NCBI GenBank assembly: GCA_003151625.1
Contig: PLYC01000021.1
Span: 16,235 to 80,234 of the forward strand
DNA length: 64,000 nucleotides
Direction of reading: 5' to 3'
DNA from: Candidatus Doudnabacteria bacterium
GTDB lineage: Bacteria > Patescibacteriota > Doudnabacteria > UBA920
Shown here: positions 27,155-37,276 of the stretch, in pieces
Layout of the letters: every line of letters starts with the position of its first letter
How positions within the stretch are numbered: the stretch's first letter is position 1
Position numbers and translations under genes: made by a program
Notes under the pieces: generated by a model
The model's input: the letters and a program-made list of their open reading frames with translations, nothing else
The model's database searches: none
What the model was told of the DNA's origin: nothing

Positions 27155-30100
27155 TTACGCGGTCACTAAACTCTTGTTGTCATAGTAGTTTTCATAAACA
27201 AAATTATAAACTTCAAATTTTTTGAATTCACAATCTTGCTCTGTGTAGGTAGGCGCGGGTAGTTTCTCAAATAATATATCTGATATGGCGCTCTTTACCC
27301 CCGAGCGGTTGGTTTCAAAATCTCTCCAATGTGGGACAAGAAGCGGCTTAAGATTTTCCAATAATTCGTGTGCCGTGCCTTTAATTTTAGCAACTTCATC
27401 CGGGTTAAGATTTTCTTTAACCAATAAGTCAAAAATTGCCAACTCCTCCTCATTTAAATTTTCCTTCACCGCACGTTGTTCTTCCACGCTCAAATCTTTT
27501 GCAAGGGAAATAAGATCGTCAAAAAGCTTGTCAACATCATGCGCGCCACTGTTATATTCCTGTAACAAAGCAAGTAAGCGATCCATAAATTTGGTTCGTT
27601 TTTTGTTCTTTCTTACCATTTCCGCTATTTTTTGTTCTAGCTCTGCGCTCATGGCCTCCACTTGAAGGTTTTTGTTTTCTAGACCCTCAAAAAATGTATG
27701 CAGTGCTTCGGAATCCAACTTACTTAAATCTTTCAACTTTTTATGTGGCGATATTACGTACTCACCAGCTTGAATAGACTTATCAAGTAAGTCCTCTAAA
27801 TCTTTTTTTACCTGGGTAACATCCACACTTTGAGCGCCTACATCTCGAATACGCGAAGCCAATACGCGAACGGCAGTCACTTCTTTATAATAATCTTCCG
27901 CGCTTGGATCCGGCAACACCGATCGGTAGGCACTTTGTAAATCCGAGGCTAAGTTTAAAAACTTTTTTTTAATTTCCTGTTTGCCAATTATTAAGTCGGC
28001 GAATTTTTCTAACAATAACAATTTTTGATCACCTGGCGCTTCCAACAAAGGCTTAAGTTCAATTTGTATAGCGCTCAAGAAATGTTTTACGGTTTTAAGT
28101 GTACTTTTTAAATCTTCTAAAAGCTCGTCTTTGCTTTTGATTATTTCATCTTTGTCTACACCGCTGGCCGCATACAATGCCAAGGCACGCTCAATATTTT
28201 TGAATACGCCAATGTAATCAACTATTAGCCCGTTCTTTTTGTCTGCGTCAGCTACGCGGTTGGCGCGGGCAATCGTCTGCATTAAAGTATGATTTTTGAG
28301 TGGTTTGTCCAAATATAATGTGGAGAGGTTTGGCACGTCAAAGCCGGTCATCCACATAGCGCAGACAAAAATAATCCGCAGATTGCTGTCGGCTTTCTTG
28401 AATTCTTCTTCCAAATTTCCGTGAATTATCCTATCCCGAATCGGCTTAACGTCAATCTCAAACTCTTCCATATCGGCGATTTCGTTCTGATTGTCGCCCA
28501 GACTTACCATTACCGCCATGTCAACATTTTCGTGCTGTTCCAGTTTTGCCAGTATTTTTTCGTGCTCACGTTCATCCTTGGCTCGGGAAAGGTCCATGCG
28601 CAATTTAGCGATGTAGCGATCCCACTCTTTTTTAACTTTGTCGTACATCCGGAACGTGGTTTTTTTATCAATACAAACCACCATGGCCTTGCCATTATAA
28701 CCCCGCCCAATGTAGTGTTCTACAATATCCCGAGCAATAACATTTAAGCGATCTTCGCGGGTAATAATTTCGTAAAAATTGGAGTACTCGCGTTCTAATC
28801 TTTCTTCTTCATCTTCATCCAAATCATACCTATCCATAAGCTGGCCTAACTGCTCCTCAAGGTTTTCGTTGACGTTTTTTAGCCTCGGCACCCTGTTTTC
28901 ATAATACAGCGGCACAGTTGCGCCATCGGCCACGGACTGGCCAAAATTATACACCGAAACATAACTGCCAAAAGTTTTTACCGTTTCGGCTTCACCGTCT
29001 GTCATTAGCGGAGTGCCGGTAAATCCAATAAAAGATGCATTGGGAAGTGCTTTTCGCATATTTAGCGCCATGCGGTCATATTGGGTACGGTGCGCCTCAT
29101 CGGTCATTACGATAATATCCTCTCGTTCGGAAATGGCGCTGGCGATATCTTGAAATTTCTGAATTGTCGTAAATACTTGCCTATGGTCTGCTCTCAGCAA
29201 TTTTTTAAGATCTTCTACAGAATCCGCATGTACTTCTTTTTCATACACCGCGCCAACATTGGCAAAATTATCGTATGCTTGTCCGTCCAACTGTTTCCTG
29301 TCTGTAACAATAACAAAAGTAAAATTACCGGTAAGTTTTCGCAAAACCTTTTGCGAAAGCCAAACCATAGAATATGATTTGCCCGAGCCTTGGGTATGCC
29401 AAAACACGCCAAGTTTGCCGTCCATTTGCTTACGATTAACAACATGTTCAAACGCCCGGTTAACACCGTAATATTGGAAATACCGCGGCACTATCTTTTT
29501 AGTCTCTCCCTTTGATTCATCAAACAAAATAAAATTTTCAAAAATATCCAAAAGCCTTGTTTTATCGCATACTCCGCTAATTATCGTAGACAAATCTGTT
29601 CTTGGTTTATTATCTTCGCTGTCGGCTTTTTTCCACTCATTGAAAAATTCGTAGGGTGCTGTCAGCGAGCCAAATTTATTTTCTATGCCATTGCTGATAA
29701 TAATTCCCATATTATACCAAAACAATTTGGGAATAGTATCTTTGTAATCGCGAATGTTGTCTTTATATGCATCCACCAAACTCTTGTGAGACGCTTTGAG
29801 TTCTAATAATACAAGCGGAATACCATTTACAAACAGCACAACGTCGGTTCTTCTGGTATACATTTCTCCTACGATCCACAATTGCGAAACGGCCAGAAAA
29901 TGATTATTCTTTGGATTTTCAAAGTCAAAAAACCTTACCCGCTCCGGCTTGCTTTCGCCGTTGGATTGGACGACATTCACGCTCACGCCGTCCCGTAAAA
30001 GTTTGTAAATTTCCTGATTAGCTTTAACCAAGCTTAAATTTGACCTGTCCCGCGTCAATGCGTCCATTGCCTGAACTAAAGATTCTTGTGACAAACCTTT

Positions 30101-30286
30101 ATTTAATTTTACCAGAGCAGGTAACAAAAACTTTTTCAATACCACTTCACCTTGATTTTCCCTTCCAAGCTTTAAATCATCCTCATCCGCAAATGCGTTT
30201 ATATGACAATCCGAATTGCCCCAAACTTCCTTAATAAGTTTGATGACAGTCTGTTCAACCAAATTGTCTTCAGAAAATGGGTTCAT
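27155..30286 (-). CDS. hsdR: Type I restriction enzyme R subunit
   Basis: D..LFVNGIPLVLLELK nuclease motif, HTQGSGKS, DEAHR, FTGTP, TGFD, QTIARANR. Confidence 0.97.
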   Translation of the reverse strand: MNPFSEDNLVEQTVIKLIKEVWGNSDCHINAFADEDDLKLGRENQGEVVLKKFLLPALVKLNKGLSQESLVQAMDALTRDRSNLSLVKANQEIYKLLRDGVSVNVVQSNGESKPERVRFFDFENPKNNHFLAVSQLWIVGEMYTRRTDVVLFVNGIPLVLLELKASHKSLVDAYKDNIRDYKDTIPKLFWYNMGIIISNGIENKFGSLTAPYEFFNEWKKADSEDNKPRTDLSTIISGVCDKTRLLDIFENFILFDESKGETKKIVPRYFQYYGVNRAFEHVVNRKQMDGKLGVFWHTQGSGKSYSMVWLSQKVLRKLTGNFTFVIVTDRKQLDGQAYDNFANVGAVYEKEVHADSVEDLKKLLRADHRQVFTTIQKFQDIASAISEREDIIVMTDEAHRTQYDRMALNMRKALPNASFIGFTGTPLMTDGEAETVKTFGSYVSVYNFGQSVADGATVPLYYENRVPRLKNVNENLEEQLGQLMDRYDLDEDEEERLEREYSNFYEIITREDRLNVIARDIVEHYIGRGYNGKAMVVCIDKKTTFRMYDKVKKEWDRYIAKLRMDLSRAKDEREHEKILAKLEQHENVDMAVMVSLGDNQNEIADMEEFEIDVKPIRDRIIHGNLEEEFKKADSNLRIIFVCAMWMTGFDVPNLSTLYLDKPLKNHTLMQTIARANRVADADKKNGLIVDYIGVFKNIERALALYAASGVDKDEIIKSKDELLEDLKSTLKTVKHFLSAIQIELKPLLEAPGDQKLLLLEKFADLIIGKQEIKKKFLNLASDLQSAYRSVLPDPSAEDYYKEVTAVRVLASRIRDVGAQSVDVTQVKKDLEDLLDKSIQAGEYVISPHKKLKDLSKLDSEALHTFFEGLENKNLQVEAMSAELEQKIAEMVRKNKKRTKFMDRLLALLQEYNSGAHDVDKLFDDLISLAKDLSVEEQRAVKENLNEEELAIFDLLVKENLNPDEVAKIKGTAHELLENLKPLLVPHWRDFETNRSGVKSAISDILFEKLPAPTYTEQDCEFKKFEVYNFVYENYYDNKSLVTA

Positions 30287-30298
30287 AGATTGTTGTAA

Positions 30299-31765
30299 TT
30301 ATTCTATCCATTCTGGTTTAATTTTCCAATCTGTTTTTGGTAAAATTCCAAAATTGGATAGACAAAGTGTATTTCTTGGATCATCCATTGAAAAAGTTAT
30401 GGTAAAACCTCTACCGTCGTTATCTTTTGGTGGTTTAATTTTTCTTTCTAAATAATATTTCAGAGCATAAACTACCTTGAATCCCTTTATTTTGAATTCA
30501 TCAACAAATTTTGTAATCCTATTCACTCCTTTCTTTATTTCTCTAGCCTTGTCTGAATTTACGAAATAAGTACAATCGTATACATAACTTCCAACGATAG
30601 AACAATTGCATAATCGCGCTTCAATTCTCCCATTTTTAAATTCTTTGGCTTCAAAAAGAAGTTTATCCGATTTGATAACAAATTCAATTGATTCATGGCC
30701 AGTACATTTTATATAGAAAAGACACCCCTGTACGTCTTTGTCATTCGACTCATTTTTTACCTCCGTAATAACCTCGTCTGTTTTGCCATAAAAAAGTATG
30801 GGGCGCCAAGCACAAGGACTGTTATATCGAGTATTTTTTTCCCTAAAAATTTTGCCATTAAATAACCATTTCCTTTGCAATTTTGCTAGTTCGCCAACAA
30901 AAAAATTAATATGATCTTTTTCCAGCATGACATTGATACCATGAACTCGCTCTTTTCTTCTTTCCCAAAATGCTTGCGAACCATTTGAAAAATGCATTTT
31001 AAACCCAACCAACCCCTCTTTCTTATCGGTCAGCAACTCAAATACTTCATAATTTGGCATTCGGTGTAGTTTCTTTGTTTTTTTAAAAGAGTACCTAATC
31101 TGCCTGTATAGATCAAAAAAAGCTTGGTAAAAAGCAAAGCAGCGGGATAATTTTTCTGACAGTTCCTCAAAGGAAACTACTTTTGGTAGTCCATTTTCAC
31201 AAATTCTAAATTCAGTATCAGTTAGAGAATAATCGGAATGATAAAATGCATTCCTTATGTCATCATCAAAAAATGAATTAATTTTACTAATCAATTCTTG
31301 CTCGCCAATCTTTTCCGCTTCATTTTTAAGTGTTACTAATTTTTTTGTTGGCGACTGTGGTCTTACATGAAATGGTTTCTTTTTCCCCAATGATTCTCCT
31401 GGGAAAGGGAAAGGAACATAGTTTTTACCTTGTGCGCACCCCAATAAATTATACAGTATTTGGTACGGGGCCGACATCTCAATCGAGTGACAATATATAA
31501 GTAAGGCAACTCGAAAAGAGGATTTTTTTATACCCTTTTTGCTAATTTTTTGAAGTATTTTACTAAACTCGATTAAGGCTTCTTGTGCCTCAATAAAAGG
31601 GTCCCATCCGCCATCTTGTACACCGCTTACACGAAGCAGTGTGTAAATATACTGTAGCCCATTTGTGTCGCGTGCACGTTCAAAAAGATGGTCAAGATAA
31701 CTACGATATTCTTGATAATATGCTTTTTGTGAATCTTGGGTCTTATATTTTACAGTTGTGCCCAT
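30299..31765 (-). CDS. Hypothetical protein with an RX4H (HEPN-like) motif, inside the hsd operon
   Basis: IRNAFYHSDY; located between hsdS and hsdR. Confidence 0.7.
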   Translation of the reverse strand: MGTTVKYKTQDSQKAYYQEYRSYLDHLFERARDTNGLQYIYTLLRVSGVQDGGWDPFIEAQEALIEFSKILQKISKKGIKKSSFRVALLIYCHSIEMSAPYQILYNLLGCAQGKNYVPFPFPGESLGKKKPFHVRPQSPTKKLVTLKNEAEKIGEQELISKINSFFDDDIRNAFYHSDYSLTDTEFRICENGLPKVVSFEELSEKLSRCFAFYQAFFDLYRQIRYSFKKTKKLHRMPNYEVFELLTDKKEGLVGFKMHFSNGSQAFWERRKERVHGINVMLEKDHINFFVGELAKLQRKWLFNGKIFREKNTRYNSPCAWRPILFYGKTDEVITEVKNESNDKDVQGCLFYIKCTGHESIEFVIKSDKLLFEAKEFKNGRIEARLCNCSIVGSYVYDCTYFVNSDKAREIKKGVNRITKFVDEFKIKGFKVVYALKYYLERKIKPPKDNDGRGFTITFSMDDPRNTLCLSNFGILPKTDWKIKPEWIE

Positions 31766-31773
31766 AAGTGTAA

Positions 31774-33024
31774 TTATTTTAGTTCTCGTTTTCCTGTGAC
31801 TAACTGGGGAATCAAAAGATCGCGAATCTGGGAAAGATTTTGATTTTCATCCTGCAAAGACAATACTAAATCAAAATGTTTTTTTACTAGGTGGCTAAAT
31901 TCATTAAGAATTTCTGAACTTGGAATAATGACCTTAACATCCTTAACTTGTATCGGACTTAAATTTTGCTGGGCAGCACCATTAGACATCCCCTCCAGTT
32001 TTTGCTGAAATCTCTTTTGCCTAAATAATAAGTAAATGTATTCTCTTTTATTTGTTCCCGTTGGATTTAATTTCGCGACTCGTTGATTTAACAAATAATC
32101 TGAACCATATACAACACAAATACGTCCAACATTCCCAGTCAATGAAAGTAGAATGTCACCACTATTCAAAATGCAATTTTCTGGCAATTTTGAAGGTAGG
32201 TCATCAATAAACGAGTCAAAATTTAATACAAATTTTCCATCATGAACATTTTTTATGGTAACTATTTTATACTTTCCGCTTTCTTGGTATGTTGACCCTT
32301 TGAAAGGAAACCCTGAAATAACATTTACGAGTTCACTAATCTTTCCAACTTTCCAACCCTCTGGAATCATACCGTATTCGGTGCCGCTGTTAATCATTTT
32401 TTCTTTTTCATGGCCGGGAAATTTGAATTTTATAAACCACTCGGTATAGAGAAGCTGGGACATTTGCTCCAGGGCTTTGATGCGTTTTTCGTTATTTTCT
32501 ATTAGGTCGTCGTAGGCGGAGAGGACAGAAGCAATGCGTGTTTGGGTTGGGAGCTCTGGAAGCTCAATTTGCAAACCGTAAAGTAAATTTATTGTGTACG
32601 CTTTTTGGGACGATCCAATAGTACATTTATTTAATTCTGATTTACCTTGCGGTGAAAGAAGCCAATAATATAACCATTGACCATTTATTCCATGAAAATT
32701 TCTAAACCATGTTAAATTTCCATCCTTAAAATAAAATTCTTCGTTCTCTTTTACCAAATACGGATTTCCGATTGTTCCGACAGAGGTCAACAATAGATCA
32801 CCCTTTTGAGGCACACCGTATTTGGCCTTTATTTCCTCAAATTTATCTCTAGAAATATATATTAAGTCGCTTACTTCTGCAGAGCTTCTTTGTTTTTCGC
32901 TGATTTCCTTTCCACGATAGAAAGGAACGCCTGATGATAAATACTCATCAGCAAAAATTCTCTTGCTTGAGGTTATTTCACAATAATCCTTAATTTTTAC
33001 TTTTTGAAAACTTACCATAATCAT
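31774..33024 (-). CDS. hsdS: Type I R-M specificity subunit
   Basis: Two TRDs; Q.RIASVLSAYDDLIENN and LSQIRDLLIPQLVTG conserved regions. Confidence 0.95.
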   Translation of the reverse strand: MIMVSFQKVKIKDYCEITSSKRIFADEYLSSGVPFYRGKEISEKQRSSAEVSDLIYISRDKFEEIKAKYGVPQKGDLLLTSVGTIGNPYLVKENEEFYFKDGNLTWFRNFHGINGQWLYYWLLSPQGKSELNKCTIGSSQKAYTINLLYGLQIELPELPTQTRIASVLSAYDDLIENNEKRIKALEQMSQLLYTEWFIKFKFPGHEKEKMINSGTEYGMIPEGWKVGKISELVNVISGFPFKGSTYQESGKYKIVTIKNVHDGKFVLNFDSFIDDLPSKLPENCILNSGDILLSLTGNVGRICVVYGSDYLLNQRVAKLNPTGTNKREYIYLLFRQKRFQQKLEGMSNGAAQQNLSPIQVKDVKVIIPSSEILNEFSHLVKKHFDLVLSLQDENQNLSQIRDLLIPQLVTGKRELK

Positions 33025-34602
33025 TTATAAAATACTTTCCCAATCGTCCTGGATATTTTTTTCCAGCTTGTGAGCTTCGACGGTTAAACCTGTAAATTCA
33101 CTCATTAATTCTTTCATTCGCGCGTTAAAGTCCACATCGCTCATTTCTTTTTCTATAATCTCCACATAACGCCCAGGATTAAGTGAGTAGTCGTTAGCTC
33201 GAATTTCCTCAAGAGTTGCAACTTTGCATCGGCCTTTAATGTCTTGATATTTTTCTTCGCCTTTTTCTTTGCGATAGCGGCGAACAACACCGGCGATTTC
33301 TTGTATTTGCTCATCTGTCCAGTCGCTATGAGCACGGTCAATTTCGGTAAAAATATCTTGCGCGTTTATAAATAAAACTTTGTTTTGCCGTTCGCTGCCG
33401 CTTTTGCGTTTGTCAAAAAACCACAAGGTACAGGAAAGTGTAGCGTTCATAAACATATTTGTGCCAACGGAAACAATTGCATCCACCATTCCGGCGTCTA
33501 CCATTTTTTTGCGGATTTCTTTTTCCGCATTTCCGGCATCACTGGAAGCGTTTGACATAACAAAGCCTGCCCGTCCTTGCGGGTTTAAAGCACTAGCAAA
33601 CATTTGCATCCATAAATAATTAGCGTTGCTGATTTCACCTTTACCAGTAAGCGGCAATCCTAAATTGTATCGCGGGTCGCCTTGAATTTTTGCTGGATCA
33701 ATTACAATTTGTTTGTTCTTGTCTTTGCCTTTTACATTAAACGGCGGATTTGCAAGGACAAAGTCAAAAGCGCCAACGCTGTTAAACGTATCGGTATAAA
33801 AAGAATTTACTTCCGCAATTTTACCCGACAAACCGTGAATAGCTAGGTTCATTTTGGCCGTGCGAATGTTGCTACTACCTTTTTCTTGGCCATACAGTGC
33901 AACTTCGTTCATAACTTGAGTTTTCTTTTCGGAATGCGCTTTAACAAAATTTGCAGACTGCACAAACATACCGCCGCTTCCGCAGGCGGGGTCGTATATT
34001 TTTCCATGGTATGGCTCAATAATTTCTACCAGTAATTTAACAATAGATTGCGGCGTAAAAAACTCGCCGCCTTTGGCTCCTTCGGCGCGCGCAAACTCAC
34101 CAAGGAAATATTCGTAAATTTCCCCGAATGCGTCACCCTCAATGTCATCGGGGATTTGATTAAAATTTTTCAGTAAGGTGATTAATATCTGACTATTTTC
34201 GCCTGGAATTTTGTGAAGCGAAGTATAATCTTGCGGCAAAACACCGGCAAGATCGGTATTTTCTTCTTCTATTGCCTTCATCGCATCATTAATTTTTTTG
34301 CCAATATTTGCACTCTCAGGTAGGCTCATTAAATAAGAATACGTGGCAATTTCTGGCAAATACAGAACACCCTTGGATTTATAATGGTCAGGCGTAATAG
34401 GTTTATTTCTTCCGGAATAAGCTTTAACAGCGCGCTCTGCAACAATCTCCGACTGGAATCTCTTAAAACGTACGTCCGCAAACTTAAGAAAAATAAGCCC
34501 TAAAATTGGCTCGGAAATTTCGTTTAATTTTAGCCCGGAGTTTGCCCGAAGCTGTACCGCCGCAGACCAAAGCCTTTCGTGAAGTTGTTTTCTGGTTGTC
34601 AT
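33025..34602 (-). CDS. hsdM: Type I R-M N6-adenine methyltransferase
   Basis: GEFFTP, YDPACGSGG, NPPF. Confidence 0.97.
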   Translation of the reverse strand: MTTRKQLHERLWSAAVQLRANSGLKLNEISEPILGLIFLKFADVRFKRFQSEIVAERAVKAYSGRNKPITPDHYKSKGVLYLPEIATYSYLMSLPESANIGKKINDAMKAIEEENTDLAGVLPQDYTSLHKIPGENSQILITLLKNFNQIPDDIEGDAFGEIYEYFLGEFARAEGAKGGEFFTPQSIVKLLVEIIEPYHGKIYDPACGSGGMFVQSANFVKAHSEKKTQVMNEVALYGQEKGSSNIRTAKMNLAIHGLSGKIAEVNSFYTDTFNSVGAFDFVLANPPFNVKGKDKNKQIVIDPAKIQGDPRYNLGLPLTGKGEISNANYLWMQMFASALNPQGRAGFVMSNASSDAGNAEKEIRKKMVDAGMVDAIVSVGTNMFMNATLSCTLWFFDKRKSGSERQNKVLFINAQDIFTEIDRAHSDWTDEQIQEIAGVVRRYRKEKGEEKYQDIKGRCKVATLEEIRANDYSLNPGRYVEIIEKEMSDVDFNARMKELMSEFTGLTVEAHKLEKNIQDDWESIL

Positions 34603-34653
34603 ACTAATTTATATTTAAAAATAACTGCTCGCGCTTTAATTTTTAGTCCTTTG

Positions 34654-35922
34654 CTATTTCAATAAATCCTCAAGCTCACAGGAGAGCAGGGCGGATTTGT
34701 TAAGCACGATTTGTTCTTTCTGGTTTAGGTTGTCCGCGGTAAGTCTAATAACTTTTGTGATTATAGCGTTGCCAATAACAACGTGGTTGGTTTTCTTTAA
34801 GTAGTTTTCGGTTTTTTCGTAAAACAGTGTTATAAAGCGCTTTAGCTTGTCGCTTAGTTTATCTTTCATATTTCCCGTAACCAATGCGACTACTTTTTCG
34901 TTTATTTCCGTCGGTATATTCCCCTCCGCGAATACTATCCAATAATCGCTTATGGCATAGGCAAAGCGCACTGGCATTTTATCTTTAGTTTCGTAAAAAT
35001 AAACAAAACGGTAATTCTGGGAACTAAAATCCTGGCCAATGGCTATTTCGCGCAACTCGCCGACTGTATTTATATCGTAAGAGTTTACAAGCCGGAGATA
35101 ATTTTCCAGCCAAGTTTCAAGCCAATGCGTAATAAAAGTCTGATCCACAAATAGCGGAGTTAAATCCTGCTGTAAGTTTGTTTTGTTTACTTTGTTCATT
35201 TGCACGGTCAGCCGGTCAAACAGCGCCTGCAAATGCGTAACATCAACCTCCTTGGCTTTAAGATAGTCCAAATCGGGGACAGTTTTCTTTTCCATATACC
35301 ACAGCAGGTCGTAAATGTCGCGGCCTTTTTCTTCGTATATTTCCTTGCCCACGCCACGCTGTCCACGTAAAAATATAGCGGCAATTTTACTGGCCATAAG
35401 CGCAGACATATTGTAAGTCTTTATTACGAATGACAGCTGGTCGTGGTTTACGGGTATCCGTTCCGTAACCGCTTTGGGAGCCGTAAAATGGTTCAAATCA
35501 ATTTTAACGTGCACCTGTTTTGAAGGGTGGCTCATTCCCAGCTCGTCGCCGATAATGAATTTTAAAAGCAACCCGCGGCCGTTGGTAATTTTTATGTTCA
35601 AAAGATCCGGCCCGGTGCTGTAGGTTTCCAAAAAATGTTCCTGCAACGCTTCCTTAAGGTTGTTAAGCAAGCTGTCGGTAGGGGCTTCCGCAATTTCAAA
35701 ATCCAAATCAACGGACATTCTGTTCAACTCATGGCAAATGCGCAAGGCGGAGCCGCCGTACATAGTCCAATTGCTGTAGACCGGGTGGTGATAAATAAAA
35801 TTTAACAGGTAATACTGCAATTCCTCTTTTAAGGCGTTGCGCTGAACTTCAATATCCACCTGTCCGTAACGAGACAGGTCTTCAAGTTTTCTTTTTAGTA
35901 AAATAATTATTTGGTTATTCAT
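34654..35922 (-). CDS. AbiEii-family nucleotidyltransferase toxin with C-terminal extension
   Basis: YGGSAL...RMSVDLDF, ASKIAA, GRDIYDL. Confidence 0.9.
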   Translation of the reverse strand: MNNQIIILLKRKLEDLSRYGQVDIEVQRNALKEELQYYLLNFIYHHPVYSNWTMYGGSALRICHELNRMSVDLDFEIAEAPTDSLLNNLKEALQEHFLETYSTGPDLLNIKITNGRGLLLKFIIGDELGMSHPSKQVHVKIDLNHFTAPKAVTERIPVNHDQLSFVIKTYNMSALMASKIAAIFLRGQRGVGKEIYEEKGRDIYDLLWYMEKKTVPDLDYLKAKEVDVTHLQALFDRLTVQMNKVNKTNLQQDLTPLFVDQTFITHWLETWLENYLRLVNSYDINTVGELREIAIGQDFSSQNYRFVYFYETKDKMPVRFAYAISDYWIVFAEGNIPTEINEKVVALVTGNMKDKLSDKLKRFITLFYEKTENYLKKTNHVVIGNAIITKVIRLTADNLNQKEQIVLNKSALLSCELEDLLK

Positions 35923-36535
35923 TGTTTAAATATTTTTTAATCATCTCATAAAATAAAGTCTGCTCCTTTTTGTCCATTTCTTCAATATCAATGCGCAGGT
36001 CGCGGATTAGCCCATCCACCATTTCCGGCTTTATCCCCCGAAACTGTCTGGTCTTAAAATACAACAGGTCAAACAATGCTTTGGAAGGCGCGGCAATAAA
36101 AAAATCAAATTTTCCTTTTACCAAAGAGAATCCGGAAAATAATTCTTTTTTAATTGAATTGTAGCCAAAGTTTCCGGCCCGCGTCTGGTAGTCTCTGGTA
36201 ACTTTTAGCGTAACCGAGGTAATAGTCTGGATGGCTTCGGTTGTTAGTTCGTAATACTGCAAAGCCGCCCAGGAGCTGACGTAAGACGGCGTCCTAATGA
36301 CGTTGGCCAGATAAAATTTGTAGGAAATATCCGCCCTGTTGTTTTCGTAAAAGTAAGTTGTTGTATACAGCCCTTTTTTAAACTGGATAATATCCTTGGA
36401 CTTCAAAGAGCGGCCGATATAGCTATCAACCGTGGTATTTTTTAGGCCGTACTGCTTGCTTAACTGGTAAATAGCGCTTTTGTTAAAATACGGCAAACTC
36501 TTGAGCTGTTCTAACAATATTTCTCTATATTTCAT
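35915..36535 (-). CDS. AbiEi-family antitoxin
   Basis: KKGLY, PSYVS..AALQYY, ITSVT, A.PSKALFD; overlaps the abiEii start. Confidence 0.88.
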   Translation of the reverse strand: MKYREILLEQLKSLPYFNKSAIYQLSKQYGLKNTTVDSYIGRSLKSKDIIQFKKGLYTTTYFYENNRADISYKFYLANVIRTPSYVSSWAALQYYELTTEAIQTITSVTLKVTRDYQTRAGNFGYNSIKKELFSGFSLVKGKFDFFIAAPSKALFDLLYFKTRQFRGIKPEMVDGLIRDLRIDIEEMDKKEQTLFYEMIKKYLNNE

Positions 36536-36548
36536 AATTGTGATGTAA

Positions 36549-36577
36549 TCATAACAATGATGAAATACTTTGTCAAT
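36549..36577 (-). promoter_or_regulatory. Sigma70 promoter of the abiE-hsd operon
   Basis: Minus strand TTGACA-N17-TATGAT. Confidence 0.7.
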
Positions 36578-36630
36578 ATGGATAGTTATTTGGATATAAA
36601 TTTAAGAAAATACCCTTTATTTATGGGTAT

Positions 36631-36780
36631 TTTGCTTCCTTATGGCTTTTTATTGTAATTCTGGATCCCGTCCAGTCAAGGGTAAAACCAAATTATTTGC
36701 CATAGGCCATAAATTGGTTTTAATCCCGTTGACTGTCCAGGCGTTCCAGAATTTTGTTTTCGCCATAATCAGTAAGCAAA
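36631..36780. promoter_or_regulatory. ~150-nt hairpin, putative ssDNA promoter (copy 1)
   Basis: Five nested stems including cagtcaaggg/ccc(g)ttgactg; homologous to 38488-38632. Confidence 0.7.
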
Positions 36781-36787
36781 AAAGATT

Positions 36788-37270
36788 ATGGAATACCAAG
36801 TCAATGTCAATTATCGGTTTCAAGCAGTTAATGAAAAGGAGGCAAAAGAAAAAGCTGTAAAATATTTAGCTAACACCCTAAAAGTCCAGCCAATGTCCAA
36901 GGCAGTATGCAGTCCCCTTGAGATTGCCGACCAGTGCTGGGATTTTAGGAAAAAGGACAAGGAGCACTTTTGCGTGTTCTTTTTAAATACCCAAAACCAA
37001 ATTATCAGCCGGGAGATTATTAGCATTGGAACTTTGAACGCCAGTCTAATTCACCCGCGGGAATGTTTTAGGACGGCAATATCTAAAAACTGCGCCTCAG
37101 TCATTTTTGTCCATAACCATCCAAGCGGCAGTCTAGAACCCTCGGACGAAGACATTGCCGTAACCAAGCGCCTTAAAGATGCCGGCAAACTTATCGGCAT
37201 CGAAGTTTTGGACCATGTGATTGTAACGGCTGAGTCCCATAAAAGCCTTAAGGAACAAGGCTTGGTATAA
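36788..37270 (+). CDS. RadC-like JAB domain protein
   Basis: KEHF, GTLNASLIHPRE, HNHPSG...PS.ED, LDHVI. Confidence 0.93.
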   Translation: MEYQVNVNYRFQAVNEKEAKEKAVKYLANTLKVQPMSKAVCSPLEIADQCWDFRKKDKEHFCVFFLNTQNQIISREIISIGTLNASLIHPRECFRTAISKNCASVIFVHNHPSGSLEPSDEDIAVTKRLKDAGKLIGIEVLDHVIVTAESHKSLKEQGLV

Positions 37271-37276
37271 GCCAGA

